Assembly (NCBI GenBank): GCA_963836205.1 | Contig: CAWIIV010000011.1 | Location: 64,001 to 128,000, forward strand | Direction of reading: 5' to 3' | From: an uncultured Acidimicrobiia bacterium | GTDB lineage: Bacteria; Actinomycetota; Acidimicrobiia; Acidimicrobiales; AC-14 | Length of the DNA: 64,000 bases | In this document: in pieces, positions 9,837 through 18,054 of the stretch | How the letters are laid out: the number at the start of each line of letters is the position of its first letter | Numbering within the stretch: position 1 is the stretch's first letter | The notes under the pieces: model-generated | What the model saw: the letters and a program-made list of their open reading frames with translations, nothing else | What the model was told of the DNA's origin: nothing | The model's database searches: none | Made by a program: the position numbers and the translations under genes

Positions 9837-10180
9837 ATGTGGAACGTCGACAACACGCTGACGTAGCAGAACAGGGCCAGGACGAGGCCGGTGACGAAGA
9901 AGCGGCGGAACAGCTTGCTGTCGAAGCGCAGGTGCATGAAGAACATCACGACCACGCTGAACTTCACGACCGCCATGATCACCAGGATGTAGACCAGCAG
10001 CCCCTCCAGGGCCTCCACGTAGTAGACGCCCACCTCGGCCGCGGTGACCACGGCCAGGAAGAGGGCGATGTAGACGTACTGGAGGTCGCTCGGGTGCTCG
10101 TGGGCGGCGCCGTGGGCCGGCCCCCCGTGCTCGGGCGGGGTGTCGACGACGGGCCCCCCGGTGGGGTCGGTAGCCGTCAT
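9824..10180 (-). CDS. Cytochrome c oxidase subunit IV (CyoD/caa3 type)
   Basis: HPS..QYV.IALFLAVVTAAEV...KF..V..FFMHLRFD. Confidence 0.85.
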   Translation of the reverse strand: MTATDPTGGPVVDTPPEHGGPAHGAAHEHPSDLQYVYIALFLAVVTAAEVGVYYVEALEGLLVYILVIMAVVKFSVVVMFFMHLRFDSKLFRRFFVTGLVLALFCYVSVLSTFHIWHR

Positions 10181-10824
10181 GGGATGAGGTACACGAGGGT
10201 GAAGATCACGATCCAGACGATGTCGACGAAGTGCCAGTAGAGGCCGATGAGCTCGACCACCTCGGCTTTGGCCGACGGTAGCTTCCCCTTCAGGGACATG
10301 CTCCAAAGCGACAGGAGCATGAGCACGCCGATGGTGACGTGGGCCCCGTGGAAGCCGGTCATGATGTAGAAGCTGCTGCCGAAGAGATTGGTGCGGAGGT
10401 TGAGGCCTTCCCGCACGAAGACGGTGAACTCGTAGGCCTGGCCGGCCACGAAGCTCCCGCCCAGCAGGGCGGTGGTGAGCAGCCACACCCGTAGGGCCCG
10501 GTGGTCGCCCCGCTGGATTGCCGACAGGGCCAGCACCATGGTGAGGCTGCTCATGAGCAGGACGAACGAGCTGACCGATGTGTAGGGGATGTCGAAGATG
10601 TCGGCCGGGTTGATCGTCCCCGGCTCGCTCTGGCCCTTATAGAGCAAATACGTCGATATCAGCCCCCCGAAGAGGAGGCACTCCGAGCCCAGGAAGGCCC
10701 ACATCGCCACCTTCTCGTTGCTGAGTCCGGTGGAGGTGGGGGGATGGCCGGGCTCCACCTCGTGGTGGCTGCCCTCGGAGCTGCTTTCGGGGGATGCGGA
10801 GACGTCGTGGTCGGTGACGGTCAT
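10177..10824 (-). CDS. ctaE: Cytochrome c oxidase subunit III
   Basis: WAFLGSE, TGFHGAHV, LYWHFVDIVW. Confidence 0.93.
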   Translation of the reverse strand: MTVTDHDVSASPESSSEGSHHEVEPGHPPTSTGLSNEKVAMWAFLGSECLLFGGLISTYLLYKGQSEPGTINPADIFDIPYTSVSSFVLLMSSLTMVLALSAIQRGDHRALRVWLLTTALLGGSFVAGQAYEFTVFVREGLNLRTNLFGSSFYIMTGFHGAHVTIGVLMLLSLWSMSLKGKLPSAKAEVVELIGLYWHFVDIVWIVIFTLVYLIP

Positions 10825-12968
10825 CCCTGGCCCACCGGCTGGAGGTCTTCGGACGGCGAGTCGTCGGGGGCCAGGGCGGCGTCGTGGCCGTTGGGCTCCT
10901 CCGGCGGCTCCGGCTCGGTGGCCGGCTCGAGTCCCCAGGAGTAGATGCCGCCGAGCATCCAGATGCCGCCGATCACGGCCACGACCCAGAACTTGTAGAT
11001 CATCCCGTAGCAGATGACCGCCAGTCCGACGGCGGTGAAGGCGGGCCAGTACGAGGGCGACGGCAGGTGGATGTGGACGTGCTCCTCGTGGTCGTCCCCG
11101 TGCTCGCCGTCGTGATCACCGTCGGGGCCGTCAGCGTGGTCGCCGTGATCAGCGTCGTGGCCGTCACCGTCGGCGAGGACGACGTCGGTGGACGCCTCCA
11201 CCTCGTCGGTGGCCTCCTCCTGGGGCGACACCTTGGCGTCGGCCGGGATGGGCTTGTCCCGCAGGACCGCCCGGCCGTGCTCGTCCTCGGTGTACTTCTG
11301 GTGCCAGAAGTCGTCGCGGGCGGTGACGGTGGGCACTTCCTTGAAGTTGTACTCGGGCGGCGGGGACGGGATGGTCCACTCCAGGGTGCGGGCGTCCCAG
11401 GGGTCGTCGCCGACGTGGGGACCCTTGCGGCTGACCCACAGGTTGTACATGAACACCATCACCGACAGGGCGATGAGGAACGAGCCCAGGGTGGCCACGA
11501 AGTTCCACACGTCCCAGCCCCGGCCCGTGGGGTACGTGTAGACCCGCCGGGGCATGCCCTGCAGGCCGAGGATGTGGAACGGGGCGAAGGTGGCGTTGAA
11601 CCCGATCATCGTCAGCCAGAAGTGGACCTTGCCCATGCGGTCGGACAGCATCCGCCCGGTGAGCTTGGGGTACCAGTAGTAGAGCCCGGCGAAGAGGCCG
11701 AAGATGCTGCCGCCGAAGAGCACGTAGTGGAAGTGGGCGACGATGTAGTAGGTGTCGGTCTGCTGGGTGTCGGAGGGGACGACGGCGTGGGTCACTCCCG
11801 ACAGCCCGCCGATGGTGAACATGGTCACGAACCCGACCGCGAACAGCAGGGGAGTGGTGAGGCGGATCTTGCCTTTCCACAGGGTGCTGATCCAGTTGAA
11901 GATCTTCACGCCGGTTGGCACCGCGATGAACATGGTGGAGGCGCTGAAGGCGGACAGGGCGACGGGGCCGAGGCCGGTGGCGAACATGTGGTGGGCCCAC
12001 ACGCCCCAGCCCATGAAGCCGATGGCGATGCCCGAGAACACCATGACCTGGTAGCCGAACAGGGGTTTCCGGGAGAACACCGGTAACACCTCGGACACGA
12101 TCCCCATCGCAGGGAGGATCAGGATATAGACCTCCGGATGGCCGAAGAGCCAGAAGAGGTGTTGCCAGAGCAGGGGGTCGGCCCCCGCCTCGGCGTTGAA
12201 GAAGTTGGTGGCGAAGAGCCGGTCGAAGCTGAGCAGGAACAGGGCCACGGTGATGACCGGGATGGCGAAGAGCAGCAGGAACTGGGCCACCAGCGACATC
12301 CACACGAAGATGGGCATCCGCATGAGGCTCATGCCCGGGGCCCGCATGTTGATGACGGTGACGATCAGGTTGACGGCACCGGTCAGCGAGGCGATGCCCA
12401 GGATCTGGAGGCCGAAGACCCAGTAGTCGATGTTGTGGCCGGGCATGTTGCGGGTGAGGGGGGCGTAGCCGAACCAGCCGCCGTTGGGCGCCCCGCCCAG
12501 GAAGAAGCTGGAGTACATGAACAGTCCGCCGACGATGAACACCCAGTAGCCGAAGGCGTTGAGCCGGGGAAACGCCACGTCGCGGGCACCGATCATGAGC
12601 GGCAGCAGGTAGTTGGCGAGCCCGGCCGACAGGGGCATGATCACCAGGAAGATCATGGTGGTGCCGTGCATGGTGAAGATCTGGTTGTAGGCGTCGGCGC
12701 TGAGGAAGGTGCTGTTGGGCGAACCCAGCTGGACTCGCAGCAGGAGGGCCTCGATGCCGCCGATCAGGAAGAAGATCATGGCCGAGACGGCGTAGAGGAC
12801 GCCGATCTTCTTGTGGTCGACGGTGGTGATCCACCCCCACAGGCCCTTGGCGTCGCCGGTGGGCCGCCGGAGGAGGCGGGTGGGGGCCTTGGCGTCGGGG
12901 GTGCCGGGTGCGCCAGGGCCGACGGGTGAGGCCGGGGCCGCGGGCGCCGGTTGGGTGACGATGGCCAT
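10821..12968 (-). CDS. ctaD: Cytochrome c oxidase subunit I (A1 type, catalytically complete) with C-terminal extension
   Basis: FTMHG, GHPEVY, WAHH, PTGVK, AHFHY and MPRR all intact. Confidence 0.97.
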   Translation of the reverse strand: MAIVTQPAPAAPASPVGPGAPGTPDAKAPTRLLRRPTGDAKGLWGWITTVDHKKIGVLYAVSAMIFFLIGGIEALLLRVQLGSPNSTFLSADAYNQIFTMHGTTMIFLVIMPLSAGLANYLLPLMIGARDVAFPRLNAFGYWVFIVGGLFMYSSFFLGGAPNGGWFGYAPLTRNMPGHNIDYWVFGLQILGIASLTGAVNLIVTVINMRAPGMSLMRMPIFVWMSLVAQFLLLFAIPVITVALFLLSFDRLFATNFFNAEAGADPLLWQHLFWLFGHPEVYILILPAMGIVSEVLPVFSRKPLFGYQVMVFSGIAIGFMGWGVWAHHMFATGLGPVALSAFSASTMFIAVPTGVKIFNWISTLWKGKIRLTTPLLFAVGFVTMFTIGGLSGVTHAVVPSDTQQTDTYYIVAHFHYVLFGGSIFGLFAGLYYWYPKLTGRMLSDRMGKVHFWLTMIGFNATFAPFHILGLQGMPRRVYTYPTGRGWDVWNFVATLGSFLIALSVMVFMYNLWVSRKGPHVGDDPWDARTLEWTIPSPPPEYNFKEVPTVTARDDFWHQKYTEDEHGRAVLRDKPIPADAKVSPQEEATDEVEASTDVVLADGDGHDADHGDHADGPDGDHDGEHGDDHEEHVHIHLPSPSYWPAFTAVGLAVICYGMIYKFWVVAVIGGIWMLGGIYSWGLEPATEPEPPEEPNGHDAALAPDDSPSEDLQPVGQG

Positions 12969-13020
12969 CAGGAGCGCCCGGCCGCGATAGGCCACGTCGG
13001 GGGAAGGAGGTGGTGTTCGG

Positions 13021-14040
13021 TCACTGCAACGTCTCCAGGTAGGCGATGAGCTGGTCGATCTCGTCGTCGGTGAGGCCCAGGTCGGGCATCAGCGAGCCGG
13101 GCTTGACCGCAGGCGGGTCCGCCAGCCAGGTGCGGAGGTTCTCCTCGTTGAGGTTGAAGATGCTGCCGGCGAAGGTCTTGCGGCTCTGGAAGTGGGTGAG
13201 GTCGGGACCGATCTTGCCCTGCGAGACCCCGGCCACCGTGTGGCAGCCGGCGCAGCCCTTGGCGCTGAAGAGAGCCAGGCCCTCGGCCGCGGGGCCGCCC
13301 GCGGGCGGGGTGACAGCGGCCGAGCGCTGTCGCGCCACCCAGGTGTCGAAGTTGGCCGGGGTGTGGGCGACGGCCTGGGCTCGCATGTTGGCGTGGGAGA
13401 GCCCGCAGAACTCGGTGCACTGCCCGAGGTAGGTGCCGGGCTTGTCGGCCTCGAAGCTCATATGGTTGACCCGGCCGGGGATGACGTCGGTCTTCCCGGC
13501 GAGGGGCGGGATCCAGTAGCTGTGGATGACGTCGACGCTCTCCAGGTTGAGCTCGACGGGCATGCCGGCGGGGATGTTGAGCTCGTTGGCGGTGGTGATG
13601 CCGAGATCGTCGTAGCGGTACTCCCACCAGTACTGGTGGCCGATGACGGTGACGTGGAGGGCGTTGGCCGGCTTCTCGGCCAGGTCGAAGATGGTGGCGA
13701 TCGTGGGGATGGCGATGGCGAACAGGATGAGGGCGGGGATGAGCGTCCAGCCCACCTCGAGCTTGGTGTTGCCGTGGATCTGCTCCGGCTCGGGCCCGGG
13801 CCGGTCACGGAACCTGATCACGCAGTAGAGGACGAGGGCGGGCACCAGCACGAGAAACACACCGGCGATGAGAAAAACCGGCTCGCTCAGGTCGAGGATC
13901 TTCTTGGCCACCGGACCCGCAGGCTCCATCGTGTCCTGGGGGGCCTTCTCGGCGCAGGCGCCGAGGGTGAGGAGGAGCCCGCCGCTGGCGAACGCGCCCA
14001 GACGCCGGAGCCCTCGGGCTGGACTCGTGAAGCCGTTCAC
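13021..14040 (-). CDS. ctaC: Cytochrome c oxidase subunit II with fused cytochrome c (caa3 type); start uncertain (14040-14085)
   Basis: Lipobox LGAC, DVIHS, CuA motif CTEFCGLSHANM, CAGCH and distal Met. Confidence 0.93.
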   Translation of the reverse strand: MNGFTSPARGLRRLGAFASGGLLLTLGACAEKAPQDTMEPAGPVAKKILDLSEPVFLIAGVFLVLVPALVLYCVIRFRDRPGPEPEQIHGNTKLEVGWTLIPALILFAIAIPTIATIFDLAEKPANALHVTVIGHQYWWEYRYDDLGITTANELNIPAGMPVELNLESVDVIHSYWIPPLAGKTDVIPGRVNHMSFEADKPGTYLGQCTEFCGLSHANMRAQAVAHTPANFDTWVARQRSAAVTPPAGGPAAEGLALFSAKGCAGCHTVAGVSQGKIGPDLTHFQSRKTFAGSIFNLNEENLRTWLADPPAVKPGSLMPDLGLTDDEIDQLIAYLETLQ

Positions 14041-14042
14041 AT
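14025..14042. promoter_or_regulatory. Rex operator-like site at the ctaC start
   Basis: TCGTGAAGCCGTTCACAT vs consensus TTGTGAAnnnnTTCACAA. Confidence 0.6.
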
Positions 14043-14101
14043 CAGTGACTCTCGCGGTTCGCTCCGCGCCCGTCCAATCCCTCATGCCAGCCCCTTGGCC
14101 C

Positions 14102-15103
14102 TCATGCCACCTTGGCCTTGCCGTTCATGTTGGGGTGGACGTCGCACTGGAAGAAGTACTCGCCCGGTGCCGGGCTGGCGAAGTGGTAGGTGACCTCGGC
14201 CGGACCGGCCACGATGTCGCCCTTGAAGATGGGGGGCGCGGTGGCGTCGGCACCGCCGTAGAGCGACACGTTGTGGGGAATCCCCGTGTCGTCGTTCTTG
14301 AGGACGATCTCGGCCTCGCCTGCCGGCAGGGAGAACTCCTTGAGGTCGAAGGCGATGTCGTCGGCCACGATCTCGACCGCGCCGGGGGCGTGGCCCTCCT
14401 GGCCCCCGCCGTGGTGCTCGATGTGGCGCTCGCCGGCACTGGCCGCCACCAGTCCCCCGGCGATCATGAGCACGCCGGCGACGCCGAGCACGGAGACCAT
14501 GGTGCGGGCCGAGATCGACGGCCGCAGGGCGAGCAGGGTGGCCATCCCGAGGATGACGACGGCCACCGCCAGCGCGATCCAGGTGGATGCCATCTCGGGC
14601 ACGGCCAGCAGGATGCGGGACATGAAGTACATCAGCGAGGCGATGCAGAACAGCCCCAGGACGGGGATGCCGATGGGCAGGAGGTTGATCTGGCGACCGG
14701 TGGTGTCGGCCGACACCCGGGCCAGCCAGCCGGCGACGGTGACCAGTCCCAGGCCGACGCCGAAGTAGGCGGGCAGGGGCCCCACCACCAGGCCGAGCAG
14801 GAGGAGGGTGATCGAGAGGGCGGCGGTGAAGGGCCAGGAGCCGCCGGCCGGAAGGGGCGCCCGGGCGACCTCGTGGTAGGCGGGCGGGTCGGCGTCGGGG
14901 GCGACCCACTCGGGCGCGTCGTTGACCCGGAATCCGGCGACGACGACCCCGGCGAAGCCGGCCACGCCGACCAGGAGCAGGTAGAGGGTGATGCCCAGCC
15001 AGTCGCCGGTGAAGGCGCCGTAGACGATGCTCAGGAGGAGGGACGCGGCCGAGACGGGCAGGAAGATCCGCGACGGCTGGGTGAGGACGGCCGACTTCGC
15101 CAT
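14102..15103 (-). CDS. Membrane protein: actinobacterial CtaF-like N-terminus, extra TM helices and C-terminal type-1 Cu cupredoxin
   Basis: RIF...YG..TGDWLGIT and SWPFTAAL resemble CtaF; PHNV...FQCDVHPNM copper ligands; ATGA overlap with the upstream gene. Confidence 0.75.
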   Translation of the reverse strand: MAKSAVLTQPSRIFLPVSAASLLLSIVYGAFTGDWLGITLYLLLVGVAGFAGVVVAGFRVNDAPEWVAPDADPPAYHEVARAPLPAGGSWPFTAALSITLLLLGLVVGPLPAYFGVGLGLVTVAGWLARVSADTTGRQINLLPIGIPVLGLFCIASLMYFMSRILLAVPEMASTWIALAVAVVILGMATLLALRPSISARTMVSVLGVAGVLMIAGGLVAASAGERHIEHHGGGQEGHAPGAVEIVADDIAFDLKEFSLPAGEAEIVLKNDDTGIPHNVSLYGGADATAPPIFKGDIVAGPAEVTYHFASPAPGEYFFQCDVHPNMNGKAKVA

Positions 15104-15762
15104 CAGCCGTTGACCCGGCTGAGCACGAACAGCACGGTGCCGATCGCGAACCAGATGGCATTGGTGTACTGGAAGAACAGGATGCCGCTGCGCAGCGGGT
15201 CGTGGTGGTCGGCGGTGAAGTGCCCGAGCAGCGAGCGTCCGGCCAGGAGCACGAGCAGGCCCATGGCCGTGAGCAGGTGCACCAGGTGGTAGCCGATGAG
15301 CACGTAGTAGAAGGTGCCGTAGGCGTGGTCGCCGACTCCGAAGCCGGCCTTGCCGAAGGCGGCCCACTCGGCGTTGGCCGCCGCCACCCCGAGGAACACG
15401 GTGAGGATCAGGGCGATGGCCACGTTGCGCTGGTCGTTCTCGCGCACCGCCCGGATCGCCCACATGGCCGCCGCGGAAGCCATGGTGACGGTGATGGTGA
15501 CGACGGAGGGGATGTAGGTGCCGACGCCGACGTCGACCGGCGGCCACGCCGACGACCCGTCCTTGACCGCGAAGTAGGCGGCCACGATGGTCGACAGCAC
15601 CATGGCGTCGGCCACCATGAACAGGTAGGTGCCGAGGGCCCGGGTGCGATCGGGGAGGACGCGGGCGGGCGTGGGCTTCACCCCGCTGGGCAGGGCGAGG
15701 GGCGCCGCGGGGGAGGCGGCCGGGGAGGCGTCGGTGCGGGCGGGCGCGGTGACGGCCGTCAC
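15103..15762 (-). CDS. Divergent heme-copper oxidase subunit III paralog
   Basis: LFMVADAM, YYVLIGYHLVH and FFQYTNAIW align to CtaE. Confidence 0.8.
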   Translation of the reverse strand: MTAVTAPARTDASPAASPAAPLALPSGVKPTPARVLPDRTRALGTYLFMVADAMVLSTIVAAYFAVKDGSSAWPPVDVGVGTYIPSVVTITVTMASAAAMWAIRAVRENDQRNVAIALILTVFLGVAAANAEWAAFGKAGFGVGDHAYGTFYYVLIGYHLVHLLTAMGLLVLLAGRSLLGHFTADHHDPLRSGILFFQYTNAIWFAIGTVLFVLSRVNG

Positions 15763-15778
15763 GAGCGATGAACCATCA

Positions 15779-17458
15779 TCAGGGCTGGGCCTCCGGTGGG
15801 GCCAGGTCGAGGAGGGGCGTCTCGGAGCGCACCTCGGGGAGGACGCGGAAGTTGTCGGCGGGCGGGGGCGACGTGGTGGTCCACTCCAGGGTGTGGCCGC
15901 CCCACGGATCGGATCCGGCGGCCTGACCCCGGCCGGCGAGCACACTGACCAGCAGGTTCAGGATCAGGAGCAGCACCCCGAACACGATGATCACCCCGCC
16001 GATGGAGGCGATGAGGTTGGCCGGCGCCCAGTTGCCGTCGGTGACGTAGCTGGCGGTGTGGGCGCCCATGTCCTGGATGCCGAGCACGAACATGGCCAGG
16101 AACGTGAGGTGCATGCCCCCCACCAGGGCCAGCCACTGGATGCGGCCGAGGCCCTCCGACAGGTGGCGGCCCCAGAGCTTGGGCGCCCAGTAGTAGATGG
16201 CGGCCACCGCGCCCGAGAGGGCAGCCCCGAAGAAGAGCGTGTGCTGGGTGGCGACGCCCCAGTAGTTGCGGTGGGAGCGGCCGCCGGCGTCGAGGCCGGC
16301 GATCAGCTCGCCGGCCAGGCCGATGGCGAGCAGGCTGATCATGCCCACCACGTGGAGCATCGGCACCGACCGCAGCCGCTGCTTGAGCGTCTTGTCCTTG
16401 CGGGCGGCGGTGACGATGGTGGCCAGCCAGTTCAGGATCAGGGAGGCCACCGGCAGCAGGACGAGGAGGACGCCGAGGGCGAACAGGGGCCGGGCCCGCC
16501 GCAGGTTGCCCACCTCGCTGCCCCAGCCGGCGAACGACAGGACCCCGATGGCGGCGATGGCGGCGATGGCCCGGGGGTGGCTGAAGAGCCGGCGGCGGGC
16601 GAACACGGGGATGATGTCGGACGCCGCCCCCAGGGCCGGCAGCAGGAGGGCCCACAGCAGGGGGAAGGCGCCGAACCAGAACAGCCGGGGCCACAGGAGA
16701 GGGTTGCCGCCCCGGGTGCCGGTGAACCCGTTGAAGACGTGGCCGCCGTAGTGGCGGTCGACGAAGAGCAGGAGGAGCACGCCCACCAGTACCGGGAGGG
16801 CCAGGAGCATCACCGCCGAGGACACGGTGGCGGACCAGCTGAACAGGGGGATGCGGGCCATGGTGAGGCCGGGCGCCCGCAGTTGGAGGACGGTGGCGAG
16901 CACGTTGATCGCCACCGTGATGGCCGCCACCGCCACCACGATCAGGCCCAGGATGAGCAGGTCGATGCCCTCGCCGGCGAAGGCGGCGCCCTCGGGGAGG
17001 GGCGAGCTGAGGGTCCATCCCCCCACCACGTCGGACACCAACGGGGCCGCCGCCACCATCGCCGCCCCGCCCAGGAACAGCCAGAGGGACAGGGCGTGGA
17101 CCCGGGGAAAGGCCATCCGGGTGGCGCCGATCTGGAGGGGCACCATGGCCGTGACCAGGCCCAGCCAGAGGGGGAGGAGGAAGAGGAACACCATCATCAC
17201 GCCGTGCATGGTGAAGAGCTGGCGGTAGGTGTTGCCGCCGACGACATCGAGGTCGGGGGCGGCCAGCTGCGACCGCATGATCATGGCCAGCACCCCGCCG
17301 GCCACGAGGAAGGCGAGGGAGGCGGCGATGAAGAGCGTGCCGATGACCTTGTGGTCGGTTCCGGCGGTGGAACCCTGGTCAACCTCGACCTCGACCGTCT
17401 CGGGCTCGGACGCGGCTCCGGGGGCGTCCGTCTCGGGACTGGCGTCGGTGATCGTCAT
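15779..17458 (-). CDS. Heme-copper oxidase subunit I paralog lacking the binuclear-centre ligands (pseudo-oxidase)
   Basis: Colinear with ctaD (DHKxIG, FTMHG, AFPR, YYWxPKLxGR, DPWxxxTLEW) but GHPEVY->AFPLLW, WAHH->WGSE, AHFH->ATQH. Confidence 0.85.
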   Translation of the reverse strand: MTITDASPETDAPGAASEPETVEVEVDQGSTAGTDHKVIGTLFIAASLAFLVAGGVLAMIMRSQLAAPDLDVVGGNTYRQLFTMHGVMMVFLFLLPLWLGLVTAMVPLQIGATRMAFPRVHALSLWLFLGGAAMVAAAPLVSDVVGGWTLSSPLPEGAAFAGEGIDLLILGLIVVAVAAITVAINVLATVLQLRAPGLTMARIPLFSWSATVSSAVMLLALPVLVGVLLLLFVDRHYGGHVFNGFTGTRGGNPLLWPRLFWFGAFPLLWALLLPALGAASDIIPVFARRRLFSHPRAIAAIAAIGVLSFAGWGSEVGNLRRARPLFALGVLLVLLPVASLILNWLATIVTAARKDKTLKQRLRSVPMLHVVGMISLLAIGLAGELIAGLDAGGRSHRNYWGVATQHTLFFGAALSGAVAAIYYWAPKLWGRHLSEGLGRIQWLALVGGMHLTFLAMFVLGIQDMGAHTASYVTDGNWAPANLIASIGGVIIVFGVLLLILNLLVSVLAGRGQAAGSDPWGGHTLEWTTTSPPPADNFRVLPEVRSETPLLDLAPPEAQP

Positions 17459-17695
17459 TGCGTCGCGGACTGTAGTGGGCGGCCTCCTGGGTATTCGAAC
17501 TGAGAACCCCCGGTCGGCGACGGTCGCTCGCCACGGCGGACGGAAAAATTACTGTCTGCAGGGGTGCGGACGATGGTGCGAGCTCGAGCGTGCGCCGCCT
17601 TTCTGCGCCGGACGGTCGCCGGCCGACAAGACCGTTCGGTGACCCCGCCCTGCGAACGGGTGACGGTGAACGTCCTCTCCCGGCGGCGGAGGCGA

Positions 17696-18048
17696 GCCGT
17701 CTGCGAACCGGGGACGGATCCGGTGGCCAGGACCACCGAAAGTGTCACCGGTTGGAGGTGGGGCGGCGCCGTCTGCGAACCGGGGACGGATCCGGTGGCC
17801 AGGACCACCGAAAGTGTCACCGGTTCGAGGTGGGGCGGCGCCGTCTGCGAACCGGGGACGGATCCGGTGGCCAGGACCACCGAAAGTGTCACCGGTTGGA
17901 GGTGGGGGCGCGCCGTCTGCGAACTGGTGACGGATCTGGTGGCCAGGACCACCAGAAACGTCACCGGTTGGAGGTGGGGGCGCGCCGTCTGCGAACTGGT
18001 GACGGATCTGGTGGCCAGGACCACCAGAAACGTCACCGGTTGGAGGTG
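17696..18048. repeat. Five tandem 72-bp REP-like palindromic units
   Basis: Units start at 17696, 17768, 17840, 17912, 17984; three of variant A, two of variant B; no unique spacers. Confidence 0.92.
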
Positions 18049-18054
18049 CAGGCG

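Noticed and set aside
15779-17458. Nitric oxide reductase, cbb3 or quinol oxidase subunit, or an error-generated artefact
   Set aside because: Those enzymes keep the active-site His residues; the bo3 quinol-site Arg/Asp/His are absent; changes are in-frame substitutions at many separate motifs, not indels
17696-18048. CRISPR array
   Set aside because: Units are near-identical along their whole length with no unique spacers, and there are no cas genes in the window
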